DNA of 64,000 bases from Lama guanicoe (taxonomy: Eukaryota), in assembly GCA_013239625.1 (NCBI GenBank), contig MU053404.1:22413-86412 (forward strand), given 5' to 3'. How positions within the stretch are numbered: the stretch's first letter is position 1; every line of letters begins with the position of its first letter. The translations under genes and the position numbers were made by a program. This document shows, piece by piece, positions 11,231 to 24,030 of the stretch. The notes beneath the pieces are model-generated. The model was not told the DNA's origin. It worked only from the letters and a program-made list of their open reading frames with translations, and did no database searches.

Positions 11231-12685
11231 AGACATCCATGAGATATCCAAGGGGAATCAGAATGTGGTTATGTACGTTATTTGAGGGATTTGGGGATTC
11301 ATCAAGAAAAAAAAAAGATATAACCACAAGGTGGCAATAGCACGTACGAGCTTGATTGTGTGAAGCTTTGACAGGTTTGCAAGCAGGGTCAACTCTTACA
11401 GCCAGAAACTGGTCAGAGGCTACTGCACCAGCCCTGGGATTGCTACCCAGAAGGAGAAGGGAGAACTCCCAAGGGAGAGAGGAATTCAAGAAGAGACTTT
11501 TGTCTGGGTAATGTTTCTTAGCAGCACAGTAAGGAGTTTCTAGGTCAGAGAGCTCTGAGGAGCAGCGGTGGCTTGGGTCTTACAACCACAAGCCCATCTT
11601 AGGTACGCTTGGCAGCTGTTGGGTGAGATGAGGTTTTGCCTGGTTTGCAAAGTTAGCAGGCTTAAAATGGCAGAAAATCTCCTCTTGGGGCTATTTTTAA
11701 AAACATTTGGGTGTGTAAAAATTTGAGTTTGATGTGTGAGGCTTTTGAGCTGACAGGTCTCAGCCTAAAGTGAAGACATAAACCACCCAGGGGCCAATAC
11801 ACAGAGGCCATAGCTGGCTCAGTTAGACAACAAGTTACTAAAATCAGGGGCAACACCAAGCAGCCAAAAATCAAGCTGTGTATGTACTGAAATGTCAAGA
11901 TCACCTACGTATTGTTGAATGGGAAAACAAAACAATATAAGGTGAAAAACACGAAGATATATTTTCAATCATGCATTAGGATGAGACAAGGTCCCTGAAC
12001 AAAGTCAGATCACACACCTCTCCTTTGATTAGATAGACTGCCATTGGTGACAGGAGAGAGTTTCAAGTGCTGGTTGGGGCTTGGTTCCCTGAACCAATCA
12101 AAAGGCAAGGGGGTGGGTGAGTACGGACTTATTTTCTGCCAAAGCGTATGCCCTGCATCAGGGTGGGTGAGTCATGATGAAAATTAGACTACTGTTAAGA
12201 AGGGGAGATGGGCAATACAGACTGAGCAAACTTTGACCAAATGAACACTATGGTGTCCAATACAGTGCTGACAACCCTGATGTACACTTTCCAAACTCTT
12301 TCTTTATCCCCTTTGTCTCCCTAGAAGTCAAATTGTTGAGTTTGTGTCTTAGTTTTTCTCATAACATGGGATTGGAAGGCAGAAAAGACCCATGTTTTCT
12401 ATTAATTTTTATCTGTCATGCATGGAGTAATGAAAGCAAGAAGAAGCATATTAATACCTTAGCATTCTCCAAAGTAAATCATTGGGTAAGGTAAAGTGAG
12501 CCTATTTTGGCCAATAAGTTACATTCTTACTGGCTTAGCATTAAATTTTCATATAAGGAAGCATGAGCTTTGCTTTCTGGGACCTAAATGATCAGTTGGG
12601 GTTTGGAGATGAAAAGAGCAATGCAAGTAGACACAGATGTCAGAAAACATATCTGTAGTTTAACCCAGGGTCAATCTCTAGTTGT

Positions 12686-13036
12686 TTGTATAATTATGGT
12701 TCACTTGAAACAAATAGATTCCCAGATATTTCTCCAGCTAAGACAGGTTTATTTGGAATCAACAGAGAATTGCAATTCGGGATCTGCAACTATGGCACGC
12801 CATGTGCTAAAAGCCCCTCAGGACAAGGGAAGGAGAAGGCTTTCACAGAGGGGAGAAGGGAACTTAGGAGGGCTGTAATAAACAAAGAGTCTGTGCTTTT
12901 CATTGGCTGAGTCCTTGCCAGGAAAAAAGAGGCGTCTTTCCTCTTTCTGTTGAGCTCTGCCATCAGCTCAGTGCATGAGAGTTCCCCTGTCTGGTTTCCT
13001 AACTCTAACTGAGATTTCTTTCAATAATTTTTTACA
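12686..13036. mobile_element. Probable solo ERV LTR
   Basis: TG...CA ends with imperfect inverted termini (tgtataattat / ataattttttaca) and an internal CCAAT-like 'cattggctga'. No clear TSD. Confidence 0.45.
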
Positions 13037-13699
13037 TTATCTTCACATAGGATGCAGAACACAATCAAAGGGGTGGAGTTCAAACTGGCTTTTCTGAGGA
13101 GGAGGTGAGTTGGGGGGTTAGGGTGGGAGTGAGGAGGAATATAGCATGTGTTCACTTATAAATATTTATTGTTGGCTGCCGTGTGCTGGGTTCTGGGGAA
13201 GTTTTAAGAAATAATACATAAATTCTTGATCTTGGGAGAACTCCGTCTAGTCTAGGAGGAGGAAGAGTTAAGAGGACATTTCAAGTATGAACACAGCTAA
13301 ACTGAGTCTGGTCTCCCAGAAAGTCTAATACTTTGGATATATATTCATATTGGTAAGTCTTTATGCATTTATTTACATTTCACTTACTGTGGAGTGCAGA
13401 ATGGCTTTTCAGTGAATACAAACTGCATTTCTCTTTCCCTTGGATACCATTAATAAATTTATTTCTTGTACTGAGTATACTACTTAATAAAATAAAATGC
13501 TCTTTTATTTCATTTTTTGCTTCTCAAATTAGAAATGATTAAAAATAATTAATATTTGTGATGATATGGTCAAATAGACAGGATCATTTTTAAATGCAGA
13601 CTAAGCTGTCACCTTTCTGTTAGTAAATAGTTTAACAATATATATTGAGTCCTAAAATATTCATATCTCATATCAAAATAACCACTTCATAAAAAAATC

Positions 13700-14500
13700 C
13701 TCTTCATGATAGTATAAAAATTATTATATATTTAGAAAAAAACAACAGAAATGTGGAAACTCTCATTTTTTAAAACCTTCAAAATTCTCCTTTAGAAATA
13801 ACAGTTGAATAAGTGCACAGGCCATACCATGCCCCTTCCTGGAAAGATCCAATATTGTAGAGCTGCCAATCATCCCCAAATTATCTATAAACTCAACACA
13901 TTCTAATTAAAATCCCAATGGTGGACAATTCCAATAAGAAAAGTGATTGCACAGTTAAACTGGAAGAGGAAACATGTGAAACTAATCAAGTACATTTAGG
14001 AGGAAAGAGAGTAATTAGCATGTGATGTGAGAATGTGGTTTCCATTCACATGAGACGTGGTTACAGATTCTAAAGCTACAGCTATTGCAATGTGGTACAA
14101 ATACAGAATAGTGTACCAGAATATAAAGTTCAGAAGCAGAAACAAGTGCACAAGGGTACAAACACATTAACTATTTGACAAAAGGATTCTTCAAGTTACT
14201 GGGAACAGTCGTGGGAACACAATACCTAGAGTTGGTTAAGGTTAGGAAAGTGGCCCTTTCACACTGAGTTGGCAGAAAGTCAAATGGTAAAATCCGTCTA
14301 GTTGATAATTTAGCAAGATTCATGAAAGTGTTGAAAACATGTACATGCTTATAGTCCATTCAAGGAAATAACTATGCAAAGAGATATAAAAGCTTTGCAT
14401 TTAATAGGGGAAAACTGGAAACAGTATAAAGGGTCAAGATAGGGTTGATTAAGGAAATCCCGATGCAGTTATACAATGATATAACCATTGCAAACAACGA
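13700..14500 (+). mobile_element. Old L1 ORF2 C-terminal / 3' fragment
   Basis: 'ggaaagatccaatattgtagagctgccaatcatccccaaattatctataaactcaac...attaaaatccca' matches the L1 ORF2 GRxNIVK...P..IY.FN.IPIKIP region. Confidence 0.65.
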
Positions 14501-14749
14501 AGCAGGCACATTTATTTAATATGGGATTGAGAAAAACCAGGCTGTGATGGGAGGAGGAGGGAAGAATGGGAGAGCTTTGGGGTATGAAGAAGAGAGGAAT
14601 AACACAATGCCAAAAGTCAGACAAAAAGTGAAGAAATGGAGGCCAGTGTTTGCAAGGAGGCTGAGGCTCATGCCCAGACAGTCTCGTTTTGAACACACTT
14701 TCCCCCTACCTACAACTTTCCTAATGAGTCTTGTTAACAACACCATCGA

Positions 14750-15180
14750 ATCCATCCATCATTAATTGGCCTCCTCCAGCCTCCTCTCTGAGGTCTGGTT
14801 TCTTTCTCACTAAAGGGCCAAAAAGAAAGCAAATCTTTTCTGGGAGTCCCTTCCCTCTGGCCTTATTAGCAGAGATGCAGAAGGCAATCAGCAAGTCCCC
14901 CGTCTCCCTTCAGCCCCTAGGCCACATGGTCGTGAACTCTCATTGGGGAGCTAATTAGAGGATTCTGTTTGTGGAACTTGCAAGGACCTCATTCCCATCC
15001 TGGCCCTGGCTGTCTCAGTGGGAAACTTTGTTAGAAATGTTGCTGGATGAGTGTGCCTCCCGAGGCCCTGCCGAGCTGGAGAAGTTGGTGAAGTTTGTCA
15101 ATTAGTTGCCTCTTGGCTAACAGACAAAAGATGCTGAAGTGTCTGGGGAGCCAAGAGGTTAATCATGCTCCCTCCCAGCG
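14750..15180. promoter_or_regulatory. Candidate OR enhancer (clustered Lhx2-type homeodomain and Ebf/O-E-like motifs)
   Basis: Apparently non-repetitive. TAATTG at 14763, CTAATTAG at 14951-14958 abutting an Ebf-like ctcattggggag, CAATTA at 15099 and TAATCA at 15160, the last two each beside cctcttggc/gccaagagg. Confidence 0.45.
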
Positions 15181-15561
15181 TCCACTGTGGGGCAGGGCAG
15201 CAGCTTCTACAGGTCTGAGTCCTTCACAAGCTCACTCAAGGGAAGTGAGGGCCAAGGTTGTACAGAGGGCATAACGCTGGCTGGGGAAGGCTGGGGTTTG
15301 TGGGCAGTAAATTCCTACTTTGGGCCTTATTGGAGAGGCCACAAATGCCAGAAATACAGCAATTCCTGTAATAGAGGTGGGTGAATCTGACTCCACGTTG
15401 GATCTTTTCCTTTAGTTTTAACCACTGCGCCCTACTTTCTAGGCTTAGTCTTGCTGGCTCAGCACCTTTTGTGAAACCTTTTGTTGCCTTTAGCCTGAAA
15501 TACACAGGAGAGCCTATTCTCGGGGCTCTGACCTTTAAGGATGTTAGCACTTCTGCACTTA

Positions 15562-15894
15562 TGTGGAGATGGCAAGTTGCAAAATACAGAATAACCTTTG
15601 TTTTATTGGAGGTTTACAGGGACACCATGGTCTGACCCACATGAATGGCTGCAAGGACAAAGAATGCCTGCAGGCAGAAGTTTCCAACAACCAACCACAC
15701 CCATCCCTTGTTTTTTGTGTAAAAGGAGCCTGTATTCTGACTAGAGCAGGATGGTTCTCCAAGGCACTAGTCTGCCATCCTCTCGGTCTGCTTTCGGCTT
15801 TCCAAATGAAGTCACTATTCCTTGCCCCAACACCTCGTCTCCCGATTTATTGGCCTGTCGAGCGGCGAGCAGAACGGGTTTGGACTCAGCAACA
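15562..15894 (+). mobile_element. ERV1-class solo LTR (MER41-like family)
   Basis: The 3' end 'ccttgccccaacacctcgtctcccgatttattggcctgtcgagcggcgagcagaacgggtttggactcagcaaca' is a typical LTR U5 ending in CA. Start position approximate. Confidence 0.6.
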
Positions 15895-16009
15895 CTCCTA
15901 CCCAAAGCCCAATGGAATTTTAGCATCTTCTGCATTGGGCTTGTCAGCTCACCAATTCTGTATTTCAATTCATTTAACCCTCAGAAGAATCATCTGAAGT
16001 GCCTGTTAT

Positions 16010-16150
16010 GATTTCCATTTCATAGATGAGAAAACTGGGGGCCACAGAGAGGAACTGACCTGCCCAGCGTCACACAGCTAACAGGTACAGTGTTAGCTCA
16101 GAGGCCAGGCCTCCCAGCTTCTCAGCCCGACGCTGTCTTCACTTGACCAC
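16010..16150 (-). mobile_element. MIR SINE
   Basis: Core 'catttcatagatgagaaaactgggggccacagagagg...cctgcccagcgtcacacagcta'. Confidence 0.75.
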
Positions 16151-19100
16151 AGCTGATTTAATGCAACAAGGAGCCTGGACTTCTCAGCTTGCTTCATAGT
16201 TGCTTTTCCTTATATCCTGGCCTGGACAACTGTCTGTAAATACCAAAGAAAGGTCTGAAGTCTTTTAGGGCCCAGTAGCATTATATCCTCAGATCCTACA
16301 GGCATCAACTCCCAAAAGGTTAGTTATTTTTTGGCTGCTGTTCCGAGATTCCATCCCAAGCTCAATTCATTCAGTTTCAGTAATTACCACCTCTTGGGCC
16401 GGCACATCTCTGCCTGGCCCGCTGCTCCCATCTCGGCATCTCTCCAGATGCTGCAGCCCAAGAACCAACTTTTACTCATCAGAGATCCACTGCACATGAT
16501 GGGTCCTGGGCTTACCCTCCTGCTCTCAGCCTTGTCGCCTGCCCATGTAATTGCCCACAGTCCCTTATTTCCCCCAGCCTTGGGCAGCCTGTGGGGGTCT
16601 GAGTATTTATTGTGTAGTAAGTGAATGAAAAAAGCCCAAGATATATGGAAGGGACTAATTCTACAGATGAAGGAATTGATGCTTAGAAAGTCCATGTAGA
16701 TTTAAGCAGAAGAGGCTGAGTCAGAACCCAGGTCTCCAGGCGTCCTGTCTGAGGCTCTCTTCACCCAATTGTGCTGCCTTTTCCATTTCTGAGCCTCACT
16801 GTACTGAGAGTATCGCTCTGTTAAGTTCAGAATTCTTTGGTGATTTACTAGAGGACTGATAACATCTGGAACATGTTTCTTTGGGTATGAACTGTCTGAA
16901 GTCAAGGTGTCTGAACCAAAATATCTCTAGAAGGTTCTTTTAGCACCAGAAGACCATGAGCCTATGTCTGTGGCACAGGGAATTGCGAAAAGTCTACCTC
17001 AGTCCCCACCAAGATTAGTCACTACCTTCGACTGGAGTTACATAAAGAGATTCAAAACTAGGCAGCAGTGCAAGGGTGCTGGGGGTGGGGTGTTGGTGCT
17101 GGTGCAGGATAAGGGTTGGCACGGAATGGAGGGTGAAATCTGAATTTTCAGGGCCAAGAAATGGGCAGGGGGGAAAAGACCCAATGGGAGTATTTTCTTA
17201 GGGTAGAGATGGTTTGGTTTGTCTCTTAACCCAGAAAAGGAGGCATGATCAAGATGACAGATAACCACTTCCTGTCTCTCCAAAGCCTCTGAATCTTGAT
17301 TAAGTGAACCCAGTGGACTTACATTGGATGGACAAACCAACTTACTATTCTTCTCAAAGATGAGGATGACAGAGGACACTTTGAAGGCTGGAGGGAAAAC
17401 ACTACAGTCAACTCATTTTGTTCCCCTTCCCACCATTCACCAATAGCACTTATTAAAATTTATTTTTTGTTTTTTTTAAATTATACAATTCAGTGAGAAA
17501 CTTCAAATGAAAGTAAATGGAGTAGGCCTATCAGAAGCTCTGAAACAGTCTTACAATCACAGTTTAACTACCCAGAGTGTTTTAATAATACTTTTTTTGG
17601 CAGGAAGGACTATAAATGGTTAAGCATGAATAGAATCTAATTTAATTTTCATAGTGGGAAATATTTTTATTCTTGAGTCCTCCGGGAATGGATTTTCCTG
17701 TTTATGTCTAGTATATTAAAAAAAACCAACAACAACAAACAAAACTCTGCAAACTCCATTAATTTTCTATGGGATCTAGAAGTAAACTTTTGGTATCTAT
17801 TAAAAAAAAAAGAGAGAGTAAATGGAGTAGAAATGGAAGGTCCTTCTTTATTTCCCATCCCTCTCCCCAGTCCTAGTCCCCTCTGCAGAGGGAATCACCA
17901 TCTAAAACTTGGGGGTTGTTCCCCAGGACTTTCTCACCCCCTGCACATATACGTGTCACATTATCACCACTTCCTAAATCTGGCAGTATGTGCTACACAT
18001 CTTCTCATGTCATTCAGTCCTCTTTTTAAACAAAAATATGCTTTTTATTTAAATTATTTATACCGCACATGAATGACTCATATTGACAAAGCAGAGGTAA
18101 AAACAGTTCACTTCAGAATATCACTTAAAGAAAGACAAATACTTTATCATAACTTATGATCACTGATTTATTATTATTTTCCCACCTATGTAACGTGCTC
18201 CAAGTTGAATGAATTCCAGTCTTGGATGTGACAGGATTTTGCATCCTGGGGCTCCGTTCAGCTTTTGCTAATTAAATATTCCCTTTCAAGTCTTTGCAAG
18301 AAGGAGATATTTTTTCCCAGAACTAACTTCAGGCAGTTTCTCTCAGTTTTAGGAAGAAATGACATTACAGTTCACACACAAAATCAGGTAACTCCTTCCT
18401 GTTATGTCAATCTCAATGACTATTTCCTCAAAAGAAAGCTTTACTTTTTTTTTTCCTTTTCCCTTCATATCTTTATAACTTGGATTTAGGGAATTTTGAA
18501 AACATCTAGCAGTTTCACTGACCTCCTATGTAGACTACACATTTCTTGTCATAGGTCATGCTTTCTATTATCAGTTAATTGATCCACAAGGTTGCTTTAT
18601 GCACTCAGCACTATGCTGTTTGTTTGGAGGACATGGGATAGTATAAAACATGGTCCCTGTCTTTAAGGAGCTTATAATCTGGCCGAGGAGAGCAAAAGAA
18701 ATTGCAAAGAACACAAAGAAGATTATGACGGTGTCTTACTGCTCGGCCCTACTGTTTCAGAGGAGATCATGAACAGTGAATAGAAGTGAAGGGATGCAGG
18801 GGTCATCTGACAAGGAAAAGCCCTGGCTGAATCTGAGAGGATGTGGCTAAGAGAGAAAGACTGAGGGAGGAGGCCAGGAAGAAATGATGGAGGGCGGTAC
18901 GCCCCCAGCGAAGGTCTGGATGTGATACAGTGGCCATCAGAAAGAAATGGGTAGGCTTTCAGGATGGAATGGCATGGGACAGACATTGCCCCAGGGGTTA
19001 ATGGGCAGTGTGGGCAGCCCTGAGTGCAGAAGGGGGCATGGCCCAGAGGAGAGGGATGAATAGGGAGGCAGCTGTCTGCAGGGAGACTCAAGAGAATGAC

Positions 19101-20172
19101 TCTGGGTACCTCCGTTTGACTGAAGAATATTCTCAGACAACTTGTGGGTTCCATGCTGCCCTCCTCAGGCAGTTAGTAAGCAGGGAGGTAAGGCCACTCT
19201 TCTCAGACTTCTGATGTCTGAGCCAAGAAGTGTCTGAAATAGTTCACAGAAAAAATTCTAGGAATGGTCACAGCTGCACATGAAATCGACTATATCCTAT
19301 TCACCATTTCTCTCTGGATTGCCTTAGTTTCACACTTTTGGTAAAATCTTGGTTTCTAGTACTGATTCACTGGTAAATACAAACAATATCTCCCTCTGTT
19401 TCCCCTTACTTCTCCAGCTTTACTAACTTTCTATATGTATTAAACAGAATGCCCATTATAAATCAGGGTACTTTGCTAAAATGTACTATTCTGAATGCTT
19501 CTCGTGAAACGTATGTTGATACATCCTCAGGTTTTAGGTGGAGGTGTGGGAGAGTTAGCTCATGCGGTGACATGACAAAGTGTTGTCCCTAAGCATGATT
19601 AGTCAGGATGGGGACCCCGGTTTCAGGAACAGGTATTTGACAGTGTTGCTCTGAAGAGGATGTTGGCAGGCGCTCTGACAGGCCATGACAGCTCCTGACA
19701 GCTCCCTGCTAGGCTATGTCAACCCCAACTTAATTTCACAATGCTAGGTTTATTTCCCGAAGAAGAATCTTTTAAAAACCAGACCCCACATTCTGGTACA
19801 AACATATTCTATCTTAAGAGGTGAGAGGAGGGCAAAGTTTTACTTTAATTAAGATTTTAAATATACTTCAATTGAATAGTGATTAAATTAAAAAATACAA
19901 AATCATTGATTTTCGTCCCATTTCCTAACCCACATTACAGTTTTCTCCCATCTGTCTTTAATTCATCTTCTATCAGCTACCTAAGTACTCTTTTCGCTAC
20001 ACTTTAGCCTTTTTCCCCAATTCAAGGCAAAACATATTCTACACTGGCCCCTACCGTCTCCTTTCCTTCCTCCTTAATCCACCCCTGAATAGTCCCCTAC
20101 CCACATCCAGGCCTTCGGCATAAGAAAGTGGGGGTGCTCAGGGAAAAGGTGCAGGTTGAAGCCACTGGCAGC

Positions 20173-21119
20173 TTACTCAGGGGGCCGCTTCCCCGTCAGC
20201 ACCCTCCTCAGGGCGCCCTGCACATCAGGGTTCCGGAGGCTGTAGATGACTGAGTTCAGCATGGGGCTGAGGATAGTATTGAGGATGCCAATCCCTTTGT
20301 CCTTGTCCGATGCTGACACTGAGCCCAGACGCATGTAGCTGAAGAAGCCGGTTCCATAAAAGATGCAGACCACGGTGAGGTGGGAGCCACACATGGAGAA
20401 CACCTTCTTCCTGCCCTCCGCTGAGCGGATTCACAGGACGGCGGCTGTGACATGGGCGTAGGACACAGAGATGAGGATCATGGGGACCACCCCCATGAAG
20501 GTGGCCCCACAAAAAGCAGCTGCCCATTGAGGTGGATGCTGGAGCAGGAGAGCTGGAAAAGGGGCGGGAGGTCACAGTAGAAGTGATTGACCACGTTAGG
20601 GCCACAGAAGTCCAGCACGGACACAGCCACTGTGTGAGTCAGAGCATTGATGAAGGAGATGGTGCAGCAGAGGCCCACCAGGGCGCCCTGGACTTCTCGG
20701 CTCATGCGGGCGCTGTAGGTGAGGGGCTGGCAGATGGCCAGGTAGCGGTCATAGGCCATGGCTGTCAAGAGGTGGCAGTCCACGCCAGCCAGGAGGTGGA
20801 AAAAGAAGAGCTGTGAGAGGCAGGCTGCATAGGGAACTCTGCACTGCTGGGTCAGGAGACACGCCAGCATCGGAGGAACGGTGACAGTGATGCACCCGAT
20901 GTCCAGCAGAGACAGGTTTCCCAGGAAGTAGTACATGGGGGTGTGGAGTTTGGGCTCCACAAGGATGGCGGCCAGGATGCTGAGGTTGCCCCCAACCGTG
21001 ATTACATAGGCAAAGAGAAAGATGGCAAAAAGGATGGGTTGCAGTCTTATGTTCTCTGTGAGGCCAAGAAGGATGAACTCCGTGACAGCGGTCCTGTTGT
21101 CCCAGGCACCTGGTTCCAT
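20173..21119 (-). pseudogene. Olfactory receptor pseudogene, family 3 subfamily A (OR3A10-like)
   Basis: [10 protein letters not shown]..., [33 protein letters not shown] 1-bp deletion in the G-run at ~20505 (VG-ATFMG expected) and an in-frame TGA at 20431-20433. Restoring 1 bp gives 948 nt / 315 aa. Confidence 0.92.
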
Positions 21120-23142
21120 AGGCTGCTGCTGAGAGCTGTGGTGGGAGGAGAAGACTTGGACCTGCTGGAAGCGGGACAGAGACACACAGAGACACGTCAT
21201 CTGTGTCTACTGGATGCTGAGGTAACACGGCATGGGCACCTGTGGATGGAACGGACACCAGCCTAGAGCTGGAGTAGGATCCTGGAGGCCCCTATGGAGC
21301 CAGACATGAACCCTCTCATTGCTGGTCACCCTGAGATCCAGGGGATCCCAGGGAAGGAGCTGGGGCAGAGGGAACTGCTCCGGGGGCTCAGGACAGTGGC
21401 TGTTCACCAATGTGGGATGGAAGCGTTTCAGTGCTTAACAACTGTTAAGTTTGTGTAAGTGTAGAGTGACTGACTAGCTCCACAGATAAGTGAGTGTCTG
21501 AGGTTCTACGAAGCACAATACAGGAGAGCAGCAAGATGAGGAAGGGTAGGAAGACAGGATGTGAGGAAATAAAAAGACATAAAAGAAGCTGAGTGAAGAG
21601 AGGAGCAAGGGGTGAAGCACAGGAGCACACGGAGGCACACAGGGAAGTCAGGGCGGCTTTGGGGAGGACACACAGTGACAGGCGTTCAGCCGTGCTCTCA
21701 ACAGAGGCTGCATCTCTCTCCTGGGTACGTCTGTCCCCCCTGCCCCGCCCACCTCTCCAGTCGTCTCCCACCTTCCCTGTCTTTATGAGGTTCAGCTGAC
21801 CCCTGGTCCTCTGGTCCAACTTGCCTTGGGTTATTTCTGTCTCTACACAAAGCCATACACCAATTTTTCTCTCGAAAACTCTCTCTCTTTTTCTATCTTT
21901 CCCTGACTCTCTCTCTCTGTCCTGGTTTATAAGGACAACTGAGTACACTGGAAAGAGCTATGGAGTTGGAGCCCAGATGCTTGTGCTACTTTTGTTATTA
22001 ACAAGTTTGTCCTACTAACACTGAAACTTTGGAAAAAAGAAAACAGAAGAGAAAAAAAGATGGCAGGGAGGGAGGAAGAGAGGATTGAAAGAAGGAAGGA
22101 AAAAAGAAAATACGAAGCTAAACATTTACTTAAACATAAACTTTTTGTCACATATGTTACTCCACTTAAACTTTACAGATTTTCCTGCAGGTAGGTAGTC
22201 ATTTTAAACATGAAAAAATGAGGCTCAAAAAAGATAACTTGTTTACGTTCAAGGATGTAAGAATTTGTTTGGGCTGGAGAATTGTTATTTTTCTGCCAAC
22301 CCCTGCTGCCTCCCAAGTCCCTTGTCATTGTCATTATCCCATTTACCTGTCATCCATCCATCCATCCATCTCTCCATTTCTCCATCTCTCCACTTACCCT
22401 GCTGTAATATGAAAGGCTGCACTGCATTAGCACTAGGTTTATGTAGAGTTAAAAGAGTCTGGAATTATGGATTCTCTGCCCAGATCAGCCCCCTTGGCTC
22501 TCCCCAGACTCTTGTTGGTTCCCTGCTCGTTACTCCCTGGTCTGGACCCTTCTGTTCCCCTCTGTTTGCCAGCTCTGCCCTTCATTCTTCTAACCACTCA
22601 GAGTGGAAGACTTCCCCATTCCATTTCACTACCATTCCCTGGATCCAGGTTTCACTCAGTCCTGTCTTCTCCTCGCAACAAGGAAAAAGCCACATGAAGA
22701 TCATGAGGGGTCTTCATCCCTCCTTACTCAAGAAGGAAGGAAATTAGGAGTTCTGGAGCAGAGGGACTGACCTTTCTACTCTGGGTGGAGTTTCAGGGAG
22801 GGGTTCTGGTAGGGAGGGCAGTGAGTTCTAAGCTGACCCAAGGTGGCCTTTCTGCAGAAGGCTTATAAAAGGAGTGAGGCAGGGCCTGCAAGTCTGTCTT
22901 GGTGCTCTGTCTGTACGTGGGAGCTAACAAGCACCTAGGGGCCCTAAAAATTACGCGCACACACACGCACCCCCCTCCAGGGATTGCACAGGAAGCCAGA
23001 GGCAAACAACCTCAGTCCTTTAGTCCTTAAGGCTTTCTCTCATCTGCTTACTATTTTGGAGTCTATTCAAGAAACATTAGATTCACAACATCATTCCAGG
23101 CTCCTAATTAATGCCTCTGAGAAAGGAGGAAAGAGACAGGTA

Positions 23143-23197
23143 CTATATTATTATTGTTGCTATTGTTATTGTTATTATTACTATTACTATTGTTATT
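23143..23197. repeat. Imperfect (TAT/TGT/TAC)n trinucleotide microsatellite
   Basis: Directly visible. Confidence 0.85.
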
Positions 23198-23439
23198 TCA
23201 CAGTATAAATAGCCTTTACAGTTTGCAACGGGAAGTGGAAGAGGAGGGGCTAGGACAGCTCCGGGTCCTGGGGTGGCTCACGGTCTCTGCCCTCCTAGTT
23301 CCCACATTACTGGTGGGACTAAGATCCAGGGGCGTAGATGACTTGGCAAGACCAGAGAGAGTGTCCCTGGGGGCGTTCATGCTGGGTGCCAGATAAGCTG
23401 ATTCTGGTACTTATTTCTCTCATTTCTTTTTCACATTGC

Positions 23440-24030
23440 ATTTTTTCAAGGTATACCTTTAAATATTGGGTTAACTAAGATATAACTTTAAATATTGGCT
23501 TAACTAATCATTTTAATTGTCAAATTTGTTGAGTTTCGATAAAAGTATACAGCTTTGCATGTAGCACGTGCATCAATACATAGAACACTTCAACTGCTCC
23601 AAAAAGTTCCTGTCTGCCTCTTTGCAGGCAACACCCTCTCCACACCTTAGCCGTGGCAGCCTCTGATCTGATTTCTGATTTCTGTCCCTCTGGTTTCACC
23701 TGTTTCATAGCATCATATAAATGGAATCACACTGTATGTAGACTTTTTAATAACTGGATTCATTCAATGAGCACAATGCTTTTGAGATTCAAGCATGTCG
23801 GCTGTACCTGTATCACAGCCCTTTGTCACTGAGTGGTGCTCCGCTGTACGGAGATACTGCACATTGTTCAGCTATTTATCAGTTAATGAACATTTGGGCT
23901 GTTTCCAGATTTTAGCCATTACAAATAAAGATATGATGAGTATGTGCAAACAATTCTCTGGATGTATGTCTTCATTTCTCTTTGGAAAATGCCTAGGAGT
24001 GTAATGCTGGACCTTACGTAAGTGGAGGTT
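23440..24030 (-). mobile_element. L1MB/MC-type 3' end
   Basis: 'atataaatggaatcacactgtatgtagac...catttgggctgtttccagattttagccattacaaataaag' is typical antisense L1M 3'UTR. Confidence 0.75.

Noticed and set aside
21120..21200. 27-aa N-terminal extension of the OR3A10-like ORF
   Set aside because: It crosses the polypyrimidine tract and splice acceptor, so it is most likely intron/5'UTR.
23457..23507. Small 22-bp direct repeat (ctttaaatattgg.ttaactaa, 29-bp period)
   Set aside because: A minor slippage duplication inside an old L1 3' end; no sign of function.
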